The position numbers and the translations under genes are program-made. DNA of 64,000 nucleotides from the human T2T-CHM13v2.0 reference genome, Homo sapiens: assembly GCF_009914755.1 (NCBI RefSeq), contig NC_060932.1; one strand, given 5' to 3'. This document shows, piece after piece, positions 1-13,042 of this stretch. Under the pieces are notes generated by a model. The model was not told the DNA's origin and did no database searches. It worked only from the letters and a program-made list of their open reading frames with translations. The stretch's first letter is position 1, and every line of letters begins with the position of its first letter.

Positions 1-59
1 TTACTGATTAACTGACTATAGAGTTGAAAAGAGTGAGGTGTCCAAAATGGTCCCAGATG

Positions 60-530
60 ATGGGGTGGTGGAAGTGCCATGCACCAAGAGGGAGAGTCTG
101 GGAGAAGATCAGACTCTGGAAGAAAACTCTTGACGGGGTATGGATGTATTGAGTTTGGGGTGTCTGTGGGATGTCCAAACTGAGAGAGCTCACTCAGTTA
201 TAGATGAGCTCAAATGATATATGGTGCCTTGATGTGAATGACTTTGCCAGTTAAAGTATGTAGTAGGACAAGAAGATCAAGGAGAAGCCTTAGGAATCAC
301 TAAAATTTAAAGGACAGATGGGGGAAGGGACCCTGCAGGAGAGATTAAGAAGGAGAGCAGAGTGAGAGGAAGAAGAGTGTTTGGAAAACGAGAGGCAGTC
401 AACAATATAAAATGTTTTAGATGTCAGATATGATAGAAATTGAAATGTTTTCATTGGAGTTAGGGACAAAGGACATTCTTATTGACCTGTGTGAGTTCAA
501 TTTCAGCTGGCTGGTTGCAGGAGACAGCAA
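60..530 (-). mobile_element. L2 LINE fragment (old)
   Basis: Purine-rich degenerate sequence resembling antisense L2 (gagtttggggtgtctgtgggatgtccaa...); boundaries approximate. Confidence 0.45.
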
Positions 531-659
531 AACAGTAGATCAAGTAGTGATTTTTAACTATGAAACAATTAAGAGTTTGGTATAAGGCAATTTAGTTAAG
601 TGCTAACATGGAGTGTAAAGAAAAGTGTAATTGATATTAATTATTTAAGAAAATCCATA

Positions 660-783
660 ATAGAATGTTAGAGCAGAAATGCCACCCCATTTTTAAATAT
701 AAAGAGAGATTTCAAGTAAATTGTTCAAGGTCATGCATCTAAAGAGGAACAGCCAGGACCAGGTCCCAGGTCTGTTTACTCCC
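660..783 (-). mobile_element. MIR SINE fragment
   Basis: ccccattttt...ttgttcaaggtcatgcatcta...cccaggtctgtttactcc resembles the reverse MIR core. Confidence 0.55.
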
Positions 784-1339
784 TTTATAAAAGAAAATTC
801 TGGATAGACTAGTTTAAAGGAGCAAATGAATGTCTGTTGCAGGAAAAGTGATTGTTAAAATGATGAATCAGAGCTGTATACTTCTATTGTGAAATATAAC
901 TACTTGTTTGATGAATTTATTCATGTATTCTATAAATATTAATAGATATTGTGCTATTTGTTTAATATGCAAAGACAAATAAACAATTAGTTGTAGAGAA
1001 CATGCTTGGTGAATTTTATAAAAGTAAAATATTATCGCCATTAAGTGATATAGTCTAGCAGGGTGACAGACACAAAAATGGTATCATACAATGTGCAATT
1101 GAAAAGGCAGGAAATAGTTTTGCCTAGGAGTTGGAGACTAGTGAGCTGAATCTTGCATCATGATTGTGATTTCTCCAAATGGAGAAAGGATTAAAGGGAA
1201 CTTTCAACAAAGGGAACAGTATGAACAAAATCAGACCAGTATAAAGAAAGTCTATAACTTCACAGACTGTTAAACAGCCTGGTGGGGATACGATATAAAG
1301 GTAGGGAAATAACAAAGAATTATTTTGAAGACTAGAAAA

Positions 1340-2044
<705 letters not shown>

Positions 2045-2049
2045 AAATT

Positions 2050-2480
2050 CATAACCATAATACTGAACAGTAAATAGTGGGGAAACAGATGTTTTAAGCC
2101 AAGGTGTCCTTTGATCTGGGCTTAAGATAAATCTGGTGGCAATGTGGAAGATGAGTTGGAAAGGGACCTCTGTTTAAGGCAGTGAGATGTGTGCAGAAAT
2201 GTGTCACATGAGTGATAATGAGGTTGTGAGCTAGGGAAGTGATGGTAAGAGTGAAGAGGAGGGAAGTTAGTCAAGAAAGAATTTGAAGGCAGAATTACAG
2301 GCAGGGTTTGGCAAGTGTTCACCTGTTCTTCCTGAGGGAAAAAGAAGAATCCGAAAAAACCCCACAGTCATTTCTAACTTATTGACTAGGGTGGGGAATA
2401 AAGGGAGAGCAAGTTTGGAAAGGAAGATTCTGAGTTTGGTGTTGGATATTTAGAATTTCAAGTACTTTGGGAAATCTAGG
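2050..2480 (-). mobile_element. L2 fragment
   Basis: Degenerate antisense L2-like motifs (gtttggaaaggaagattctgagtttggtgttggatatttagaatttcaag). Confidence 0.5.
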
Positions 2481-2599
2481 TTAACCATACATGAGATCCT
2501 AAACACAGCATAGTCATAGGTCTTGCTTATGGTGTTAAGTAGTGTAAACAATATATTTAATTATGGATCCCCAAGAAGCACTTAAAAGTAGTTTATAAG

Positions 2600-3722
2600 T
2601 TGGAAATGTATTCAGATACACGGCACAGAAAATCTGACTAAGTGGCTAAAAGAAATAGAGTTTATTTTTCTCATATACAGGAAAGTTGGTGATGCTGGTA
2701 TTGGTTCAACTGCTCAGTGATGGCAAGACCAGTTCTCTGGGACTTGCCATCATGGTTATAAATAGCTGATGCAGCTCTAGAAACATAACCACTTTCTTGT
2801 CAGGTGCTTCTGTTTGGGTCTGTTTGGGTAGAACTGGGTCACGAGGCCTCCTCTGGCTGGAAGGTTGGCTGGAAGAGCGGGAAGAAAATTGTTGAATTCA
2901 CTTAAATACATACTTTCCCATCCTATTAGACACAATTCCTCTTTTTTAAAAACAAATAATTTGTAATGCCTTCTTTATTATCCTGAAATAAACATCATAG
3001 ACAATCTGCTTGTGTACATTTTTAAATAAATATATTATCCTAACTGTAATATAAAGGAACAATTAAAGGAAAATAATTTATAATTATTTCAAAATGTGAA
3101 TTCTAAGGCATGACTGCACTAGAAGACATAATGAAGAAGTCAGATTCTTGCACGGTGAATGTGACAGCAACATATGCAAGTGATACAAGGGTATGGTAAT
3201 GGTGTTTCCAGTACCACAGGCAGCATATTCATTTGTGTTTTACTTAAAAGATGACCAATTTTGGGTCAAGTTCTGCACAAAACACAGCATAGTCTTCTCT
3301 TGATATACAAGATAGTTGTTTCTTGAAAGAGTCAACTTGCATGAAAACTGTGCAACAACAATTTTGTATTCGTATACACAATAGAGTTACATTCAAGGCC
3401 AAGGTAATAGGTTTTTCACATTTGGAAAGCTATTTGGAATGTAGGAGAGTTCTTAGTACACAGATTGTCCCCCACATAGCTGTCTGTCTAGTGTCCCCGG
3501 CCTCTGCCAACTAGTTACCAGTAGAATCTCCATACCATGGTGACAAGTAAAAGTGCTCCCCCCACATATTCAAAATGGCCCCTAGGGGCAGCATCATCCA
3601 TATTAAAAACAACTGGCTTAGATTAATGGGACTGGACACTTTGTACTCCAAACAAAATGGAGGTTGGTTAGCAAGGAAAAGGGGGAATGGATATTGAATA
3701 GGGAATTAAGTGTCTACCAATA
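2600..3722 (-). mobile_element. MLT1-type MaLR LTR split by a DNA transposon
   Basis: First part ~2600-2900 (aagtggctaaaagaaatagagtttatttttctcat...ggtagaactgggtcac); resumes ~3620-3722 (gttagcaaggaaaagggggaatggatattg...gtctacca). Confidence 0.6.
2908..3615. mobile_element. hAT-Charlie-type non-autonomous DNA transposon
   Basis: MER20-like end (caaaatggcccctaggggca...ttaaaaacaactg); degenerate 8-bp TSD acttaaat (2900-2907) / gcttagat (3616-3623). Confidence 0.55.
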
Positions 3723-5434
3723 GTAGGAACTGGGTTTTCCTTATGTTTGTATCTTTTCCCAAATTCTTGCAGAATTCCTTGCATATAGTGAGTTCTCAAT
3801 AAGCTTTCTTGAATGACTGAATAAATAACTGGAATGTAAGCTATGGGAAATGGAAACCCAGTATTATATGAGCTTTGAATAAAGGCAAAAATCTTCCTTA
3901 AGATACTTAAAGGGCTAACTACCGTAAATCCAGGAATATTGTCAGAAGTTGGGAAGTGAACTTTGGTGTGCCAGTGTCTGTGCTAGGATTTAGCACTTCT
4001 GGACTTTCTGTCTGTTACACATTCTAGACTGAAGACTGAGGGTTAAATTTATATCAGTGAATCCTGTTCAGGAATGGAGGGTTTAGGGGAAATATTTAAG
4101 TTTTCATGTAAGTAGTATAGAAGAAAAAGTAACTGTCACAATAAAAGATCAATAAATCTCAGGCTTTAAATCTTAGTCTCTCTATCTTTTAGCACATTCT
4201 CTTTCCACTGTGTTCTTTTCCACTTCTGTTTGTCTGTTCGCTCTGGCATTTTTATCATAGCCTGAGACATTTTCGAATGATAATTTTTAGGAGAAATATT
4301 TAGAAACAGAATCAAAGGGCTTTGTTTTGTTTCCTCGAAATATAAACCTATTATTAGAATATAATTCACAGTATGAGAAATGTAGGTTTTGCTTGAGTTT
4401 GCTTCCAGATTTAAGTAGAAAAGAAAGAAAATGACATTATAAAGAATTTTATCTCTTTTTTTGTGAAAAAGATAATCTGTAACTATGGATTGTGAAGACA
4501 ATATATGAAAAGCAAATCTTTTTCAAACAGTGCTCCAAAGTTGCCTTTGAATATATAACTTCTGAATTCAAAAGCATGATACAGCATGGGTTTTTAAAAA
4601 AATAGTTGTTTAACATTTTGAAGGGTATAACATTTGATAACTCCATACTTTGAATTCAAGTGAAGGAACAATAACTTCAACCTTTTGTTTATAAGAATAA
4701 GGAACACTAAAAAATGTTGTGTAGTTTAAGTTTAGACATTTCAAATAGTCCTATAATTGCTTGAGAGAGCAGTAGAGTTTTTTTTTCAATTAGTTTATTA
4801 GTATTTCAGGGATTTTAAATGGAAGAAAATCTTGAGTGTCTTTGTAAATGAATTGCATCTTTTATAGGCACAGATGTTTTTCGCAGCATTATTTTCATCC
4901 CCATGGCTGCTTTACAATATGTGGCCTATGGAGAAAATGACAAGTAGGTAGATGATGAGTAGGGGAAAATGGTGGAAGGTACAGCAGCAATAGGAAGGAA
5001 GTATTCCCCAAGGTTTGCCTGAAAACATCTACTTTGTGAAGCTCCAACATTTATGGAGCAAAATGCCCTAGAGTGCTGCAACAGGAGACACAACTTACCA
5101 CCCCTCATACGGAAGGATGGGAGGGAGAAATGGAAGGGGAAAGGGAAGGAGGGAGAATTCCTGTGATCTTCACTACCCGCTGTCTCCTTAGCACAGAGAA
5201 TTCATCCATTGCCACATCAGCACAAGGACAACATATGAAGTTCCTCAAAATTTCCAAATAAGCCATTACTTATTACCTATACGGTTATTCCCTAAAAGTT
5301 TCACACTGAAGTAAACAAGTGTTTTTGGTCATTTCATGCCAACAAACTGATGGCCCTTGATCATCATCCTTTGAACTGACTCCAGGTCTAGAATGAATTT
5401 TCCTATGTATGGTGACCCTAAGTCTGTGTCTTAG

Positions 5435-5437
<3 letters not shown>

Positions 5438-5502
<65 letters not shown>
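5438..5502. repeat. Compound (TA)n + poly(T)32 microsatellite at an Alu tail
   Basis: Direct reading of the sequence. Confidence 0.95.
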
Positions 5503-5735
5503 CTGGACTCACTGCAAACTCTGCCTCCCTGGTTCACACCATTCTCCTGCCTCAGCCTTCCGAGTAGCTGGGACTACAGGCGCCCTCCACCACGCCCAGC
5601 TAATTTTTTGTATTTTTAGTAGAGACAGGGTTTCACCGTGTTAGCCAGGATGGTCTCGATATCCTGACTTTGTGATCCGCATGCCTTGGACTCCCAAAGT
5701 GCTGGGATTACAGGAGTGAGCCACCGTGCCCGGCC
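5471..5735 (-). mobile_element. AluY with deleted tail-proximal segment
   Basis: AluY-diagnostic gttagccaggatggtctcga and ggttcacaccattctcc; the gagacggagtctcgctctgtcgcccagg segment is missing. Confidence 0.9.
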
Positions 5736-6492
5736 AGGAAAGAACTTTTTAAGGTTGCCCTTGAATACCGGTCTTGATTAAGTTTTATTCTGTCTATATA
5801 TTTCATTATTTTAATTTTATAATACATTTCTATTTCTTGCTTAGAATTTATAAATTATATATCAGATTATGATTTCTGTGTTTTAAAAATACCTATTATA
5901 TCTTATGCTGGTTTTCTTAAGTGGAATGTGATATATTAATATCTTGTTCCATTTTTGTTACTTCTCCAAATATAGACGATTAGTAATATTCTACTATTTA
6001 TTAATGAAAAACTACCTTAGTTGGCCTAATGTAACTATCTAAAAACAATAATAATAAAATTCTGTAGTGCTGTTAGAGAGATATATGATTATGCATTCCA
6101 GCCAGGAATTACATCAGTAATTTTTAGATTATATTCCAGGGAAAACCAGGTTTTGGGTCAACTAACACCTATTTATTGTTCACTTATGTTGAAGGTTCTA
6201 GGTGATTTCTCATATAGCTCATTGTTTTGTGCCTTCAATCTTAGTAAATCTTCTAAAGTGCTACCGATATACTCAGGGAAAACTAACTTTGTTAAAAGAA
6301 TATCTTTTAAATTAACCTACTTTTAAAAATAAGCATTATTATGTTTGTGGAATTTGAAAATACAGTCTAGTTAAGGTATTTAGAATAACACTCAGTTTCT
6401 GTTTCAAAGTGATTATATCATTTTAGTATCAAAATTAATTTAATTGACCATATAAGGAGACATTAAGTATTATTATAAAAATGGCATGTTAT

Positions 6493-6798
<306 letters not shown>

Positions 6799-8165
6799 TT
6801 ATTAATACGAGTGACATACATGCAAAAGGATGTCTGACTTAGGCAATGTTATTTTCTGGACATATTTTTTAAATAGACTGTGACCTAAGTTCTGGTGGTC
6901 CCTCTAGAAAGGGTACCATTCCCTCTTCTCTGCCTGCTGAGCCATTTCCTAAGACTGTCTTCAGATGTTATGTCTTCTCTAGAGCTTTTCAGCATTCCTT
7001 TTATTCTTTTTTTTGTTCTCATGGTACTCTATGCATGAGAATGTTTGAGTATATATATATTATTACAGTTATTTGCCTCTTAGACTGCATTTGGGTATTC
7101 CTCTTTGAGTTTCTATTTCGTGTAAATGCATATGGTTTCCTATAAAAAACACAATTTATAATCCTCCAGGAAGTCTGTGTAAGTCAGTCAGTCAAATTAC
7201 CTGGTTGATTATAGTTTCAGGTTTATCTGCTGCCTGGGAATCAAAACACAGGTCTTGATTAACTTTCTATAAAGCAAGGATATGGACTAGGGATCACTAA
7301 GCTCTCTTATATCTCTACAATGGTGTCATTATATGATTCTAATCCATCACTAGAAATGTATTGTGAAATAGTTAATTAATGTTTGCAGAATGCTTAGAGA
7401 ACTTTTAATGAGAAGTAGATATTTGTGGTTAGTGCTAATGAATAGATGTCTTATGAACCTTTTTTTTGCACCAACAACACATTGGAAAAATGTACTTTCA
7501 AGAATAAATTGCAATCTGGTGAAATTTTTTTATTAGTTAACAAAATTTAGCTTTTAAAAACAAGTATCAGTATAGTGGCTTTAGTGGCTTTAGAAACCAG
7601 GACCCTATGCATATAAATAGTTGTAATAAAAAGGGAAGCAGCAACAGTGTATAGTTTTCATAATTTTTCAAAATAGTTTAAATATGATAGCAACTTTTTA
7701 CTCTTACAGCTTAGTTGTGAAGGAGGCAAGGCCAGTACTCTTATACTCTGGGAAGCTAAGACCTAGAGAGATTAAATGCTCATTTATTTCTTAAATAAAA
7801 ATGTATTGAGTGCCTGTATTTGAGTATAACAATTGAAGGTGCAGTGGTGAATAATTTACCCTACTTGACTTTGATAGTAAGGGAGACAGGTTTATAAACA
7901 AACATATTAGCTGATAGCATAGTTAATTATGGTAGAAACACAGAAGATGGTGCAAATAACTCTGGGGTGTTGTTTAGTGAGCCTTTACAGAAAAGGTAGT
8001 TTTTAAAGCATTTTCATTAAACTGTAAGTGGAGGCATTTGCCAGATGAAGGGGAGGAGGTGAGGAGAAGGGTCTTTCAATAAAAGAGAATGAACATATGT
8101 AAAGACCCAGAGTTATGAAAGAGCCTGTGCGTTTGAAGAACAGCGTGAAGTTCAATGCAGCTAGA

Positions 8166-8572
8166 GCAATATTGTCCAATATAAATATGAACACAAATGT
8201 GCAATTTAAATTTTTCTAATAGCCATAGTACAGAGTAAAAAGAGACAGGTAAAATCAATAATAACACATTTTATTTAACCCAATTTATCTGAAATATTTA
8301 TTTATTTTTCAACTTAAGTCATTAAAATCAAATCAGGTGAATATTTTACACTTACAAAACATTTCAATTTGTCTTCCTTCCTTCCTTTCTTTTCTTTTCT
8401 TTCTTTCTTTTTCTTTACTTTTTTTTTTTTTTTTAGGGACTGGATCTTGCTATATTGCCCAGGCTGGTCTTCCTGCCTCAGTCTCCCAAAGTGCTGGGAT
8501 TACAGGCATGAGCCACTGCCCTCAGCCTAAGACATCTCAGTTTGGACTCAACACATTTCAAGGGCTCAATAT
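8166..8572. mobile_element. MER33 (hAT-Charlie) interrupted by an Alu monomer
   Basis: attgtccaatataaatat...ttttatttaacccaat...tattttacacttaca, resuming acatctcagtttggact...acatttcaagggctcaat. Confidence 0.75.
8373..8528 (-). mobile_element. Alu left monomer (FLAM-like) with small internal deletion
   Basis: CT-rich/poly-T tail, then ttgctatattgcccaggctggtct...cccaaagtgctgggattacaggcatgagccactg. Confidence 0.8.
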
Positions 8573-8921
8573 ATAGAAGCTTAGCAATGCATGTATATGT
8601 ATGTGTGTGTCGGAGAGAGAAAGAGAGTGAGAATGAAAATCTGTGTGCTCTAGAGGGGGAGGAGGTTAGATAAGGTTGAAGTAGTTGTTGGAGTCATATT
8701 TTTAAAGGCTCTGCATGCTGGCTTATTTTAGAATTTTTTCTTATAATTTAGTAGTTTATGATTGTGCTTCTCATATTATCTGTGGTGAAGGAACAATTTT
8801 GAAAATTTTGCATTTGTTATAGACTAATGCTTTCGCAAAATAATAATAAATTAGAAAGGTGAAAGTAAAAAGACATACAAAGAGAAGCACCATTTTTTAA
8901 TCATTAAAGTTGACAAGATGT

Positions 8922-10962
8922 TGTCTTAGTCTATTTTGTGCTGCTATAACGGAATACCATGGACTGGATAGTTTATAACTAACAGAAATTAATTGGTTTA
9001 CAATTCTAGAGCCTAGAAAGTCCAAGATTGAGGGGCCACATCTGGTGAGGGCCTTTTAGCTGCATCAAAACTTTGCAAAAGGCATCACATAGTGGAAGGG
9101 CAAGAGAGGGAGAGAGAAAAAGCAAGAGGGGGTAAACTCACTCCCATGATAAATAACCCATTCCCTCAATAAAGGCATTTGTCCATTCACGAGGGCAAAT
9201 CCATCATGATCTAAACATCTCTTAAAGGTCCTACCTTCCAAGACCATTACAAAGGCAATTAAATTTCAACATGAATTTGGAGGGACAAAAGTTAAACCCA
9301 TAGTATTCCTCCTGTCATGTTTTTCTTACATACAAAACACATTTATTTCATCCCAATAGCTCCAAAGTCTTAATTCCTTCCAGCACCAACTCAAAAGTCC
9401 GAAGTCTTGTCTAAATCAGATATGGGTGAGACATAACACAATTCATTCTGAGGCAAATTCCCCTCTAGCTGTGAGCCTGTGAAATTATACAAGTTATCTA
9501 TTTCCACAATACAATGGTGGGACAGGTATAGGATAGACATTCCCATTCCAAAATGGATAAATAGGCAAGGAAGGGGTAACTGGTTCCAAGTAAGTCCAAA
9601 ACCCAATGGGGACAACAACAGTAAATCTTAAGCCTCAGAAATAATTTTCTTTGACTCCATGCTGCCCTGCTTCCTGGACACACTGGGGAAGGGGTTGAGC
9701 CCCCAAGGACTTGGAGAGCCCTGCACCTATGGCTTTGCTGGAACGTTGGAGTCTTATGCTTACAGCTCTCCTGGGCTGGCTTTGTGTGCTGGTATCTACA
9801 GTTCAGGAGTCTCAGGTGTGGTTCTGCCCCTGCAGCTTCACTAGACATTGCTTTAGTGGGGACTGTTTGTGGCAGCTCTGCTCCTGCAGCAGATTTCTAC
9901 CTGGATCCCCAGGCTGTCTGATACATTCTTTAAAATCTAGGTGAAGGTAGCCATGCCTCCACAGCTTGTGAACTCTGTGTGCCTGCAGAATTGGCACCGT
10001 GTGGATACCACCAGGACTTACTGCTTGTGCACTCAGGAGCAGAGGCCTTAGCTGCACATGTGCCTGCTCAAGCTATGGCTGGAGCAGCTTAAGGGCACTG
10101 CACCAGAATGTGGGGAACAGACATTTGGGTAGGTGAGGTGCAGGGCAGTTAATTCTGAGGTCCCCTGGGTGCCTCTTTGGAAACTTTGCCCTCAAGATTC
10201 TAGCTTGCCTCAGAGATCCCTGAAGTGCCTTTGCGGTCATTTTCTTATTGTCTTGATGAATAGCACCTGGCTCTTTACTAGCCATACAAACCTTTCTAGC
10301 AAATGGTTGTGTGGCCACATCTTTTGTTTGCACTCCTAAGCACACATTTTTATTCTTTACATGGCCAGGCTGTGAATTTTCATAATTTTTATGTTCTATT
10401 TCCCCTTAAATTATGAATACTGTCTTTAAATTATTTCTTTCCCCTCACATTCTATTATATACATTTAAAAGAAGCCACACAGCTCCTTCAGTATTTTGCT
10501 TAGAAATTTCTTCCATCAGATATTCTAGTTTATCACTCTTAAATTCTGCCTTCTGTTAAAGCCCTCAGGCATGGACACACTTTAGCCAAGTTTTTTGCCA
10601 CTTAATAACAAGGATAGCCTTTACTACAGTTTCCAATACGTTGTTCTTCATTTCCATCTGAGACCTCATCAGAATTGCCTGTACTGTCCATATTTCTGTC
10701 AGCATTCTGGTCATGAATCTCTAAGAAGAATCACTCAAGTAATCTCTAAGAAGTTCCCGACTTTCTCTCTGGCTCATCTGCTCTTCTGAGCCCTTTCCAG
10801 AACTTCCCTTAATACTGCATTCATTGTAATCTAGGCTTTTCCTAGGCTGCTCTTCCAAATTCTTCCGGCCTCTCCCCGTTACCCAATTTCAAAGCTGCGT
10901 TCACATTTTTCGGGTATTTGTTATAACAACCCACCTCTCTGGTACCAATTTTTGTCTTAGTT

Positions 10963-11000
<38 letters not shown>

Positions 11001-11342
11001 CTTTAACAGAATACCACAGACGGAGTAATTTATAAAGAATGAAAATTTATTAGCTCGTGGTTCTGCAGGCTAAACAGTCCAAGAATGAGGGGCCACATCT
11101 GGTGAGGGTCTTCTTGCCACATCATAACATGGCAGAAGGCATCGCACAGAAGAAGGGCAAAGAGGGGATGAGAGAGATCAAAGGAGACACAAACCCCTTC
11201 CTGCAATAAACATTAGTTTATTCATAAAGGTGGAGCCCTCATGTCCTGAATACATTTTGAAAGTCCAACCTTATAATACCGTCACAAGCGCAATTACATT
11301 TCAACATGAGTTTTGAAGGGGACAAACATTCAAACAATAGCA
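8922..11342 (-). mobile_element. Full-length MaLR element (MSTC-like): LTR 8922-9305, internal 9306-10952, LTR 10953-11342
   Basis: Two homologous LTRs both starting tgtcttagt; MaLR internal region ending ggtaccaatttt; 5-bp TSD gatgt / gacat. Confidence 0.9.
10962..10997. repeat. (TG)n microsatellite inside an LTR
   Basis: Direct reading. Confidence 0.95.
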
Positions 11343-11372
11343 GACATATAGTTTATAAAAAAGTGTCTAAAC

Positions 11373-11579
11373 CAGTGCTATCCAATAGAACTTTCTGTCA
11401 TGATAGGAATGTTCTGTCTGTGCTGCTTAATATAATAGCCACTAGCCACACGTATCTATTGAGTACTTGAAATGTGGCTAGTGTGACTGAGAAAATAAAT
11501 CTTTAGTTTAATTTAATTTTAGTTAATTTAAATTGAAGTGACCATATGAGACAATTGATTACTATATTGGACAGCATTG
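11373..11579. mobile_element. MER3 (hAT-Charlie MITE)
   Basis: cagtgctatccaatagaactttctg...tattggacagcattg terminal inverted repeats. Confidence 0.85.
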
Positions 11580-11685
11580 AATACATTTACTCATAATCTC
11601 TGTATTTACCTATTGTGCATTAGTAAAAAACAGTTTGTGGACTGGTATGGCCCACAAACCCATGCTTTGAGTAGCACTGTTTAAA

Positions 11686-11905
11686 GCATGGACTCTAGAG
11701 CTAGAAAGCCTTTGTGTATCTTTGGCAAACTGCTTAATCTCTTGGTGCCTCAGTTTCCTCATTTGTAAAATAAAGGTAATAATAAACTACCTTATAGAGT
11801 TGTTGTGAGGATTAAATGCATTAATGAGTGTAGCATACTTAGTACAAGGTCTGACACACAGCATGCACTATATAAATGCTTCCTGTTATTGTTATTATTA
11901 TTTAT
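11686..11905 (+). mobile_element. MIR
   Basis: gtgcctcagtttcctcatttgtaaaat...gttgttgtgaggattaaatg MIR core. Confidence 0.9.
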
Positions 11906-12575
11906 TATGTAGGTGGTGGATATCAAACAGTTAATTGGTAACAAAGCCCAGTCTTTTTATTAATTCTCTGCTTTTTGCAGTAGCTTAGACTTTTTCCTTT
12001 TAAAAACATACCACAGTTTGTGGCATCTAGTGGCTTCCAATAAATACCTTTTGAACATAAGCATAAAGTACTTTTCAAGCACAGATGAAGAAGCAATTAT
12101 TGTTCTGAGGTGGGGGGGGGGTTGGTAAAATTATCAAAAACAGATGACAGCTGAGAAGGCCTCAATGGAGGAGTCTGACAGGCAAAGAGGAGAGAACACA
12201 CCTGGTGGAGGGAGAAAGGACACCCATTTGGATTATACTCTATTTAGGAGACTATACAGCAGGTAACACTGACTTAGCCCTATCACTGCTACCACCACTT
12301 CTTTCTCTCCTTCCCAGCTCTTTTCTTGATTTATCCTTTTAGCATATTTTAAACAGGATTAATAGGTAACACGTGATTCTACAGTTTTAAGGGAGGTCAA
12401 TCGTTGCCTCTTTACTTGTTCATTCCTCAGAGTAACAGTGCCTGAATTTGATGGTGGATGTTGGGCAGTGGTTGGGAAGGGAAGGGGAATGCTGCTTGAA
12501 AAGCAATCCCTGGGTTATGGGCAGATAGCTGTGAGATTCTTTTCCCCTAAAACATAATGTTTCTTATTTATGTAG

Positions 12576-12609
12576 ATTATCTTAACAAGAAAACCAACTG
12601 GAAAAAAAA
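12576..12609 (+). other. CPQ: 5' UTR portion (34 nt) of the CPQ first coding exon
   Basis: Acceptor tttcttatttatgtag|ATTATC ends at 12575. No CpG island or promoter is visible in the window, so a non-coding first exon lies upstream. Confidence 0.88.
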
Positions 12610-13042
12610 ATGAAATTCCTTATCTTCGCATTTTTCGGTGGTGTTCACCTTTTATCCCTGTGCTCTGGGAAAGCTATATGCAAGAATGGCATCTCTAAGA
12701 GGACTTTTGAAGAAATAAAAGAAGAAATAGCCAGCTGTGGAGATGTTGCTAAAGCAATCATCAACCTAGCTGTTTATGGTAAAGCCCAGAACAGATCCTA
12801 TGAGCGATTGGCACTTCTGGTTGATACTGTTGGACCCAGACTGAGTGGCTCCAAGAACCTAGAAAAAGCCATCCAAATTATGTACCAAAACCTGCAGCAA
12901 GATGGGCTGGAGAAAGTTCACCTGGAGCCAGTGAGAATACCCCACTGGGAGAGGGGAGAAGAATCAGCTGTGATGCTGGAGCCAAGAATTCATAAGATAG
13001 CCATCCTGGGTCTTGGCAGCAGCATTGGGACTCCTCCAGAAG
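12610..13042 (+). CDS. CPQ: CPQ first coding exon, coding part (aa 1-144 plus first base of Gly145): signal peptide, propeptide, start of M28 peptidase
   Basis: Translation MKFLIFAFFGGVHLLSLCSGKAICKNGISKRTFEEIKEEI...LGLGSSIGTPPE matches the CPQ/PGCP N-terminus as I recall it. Hydrophobic signal peptide; NRS sequon at N61; in-frame upstream TAA at 12583-12585; donor GAAG|gtattg after 13042 (phase 1). Confidence 0.97.

Larger units (their letters stand above)
8762..11679. mobile_element. Old hAT-Charlie element split by an MST provirus and MER3
   Basis: Imperfect TIRs ttgtgcttctca (8762) and tgagtagcactg (11668-11679). Confidence 0.45.
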
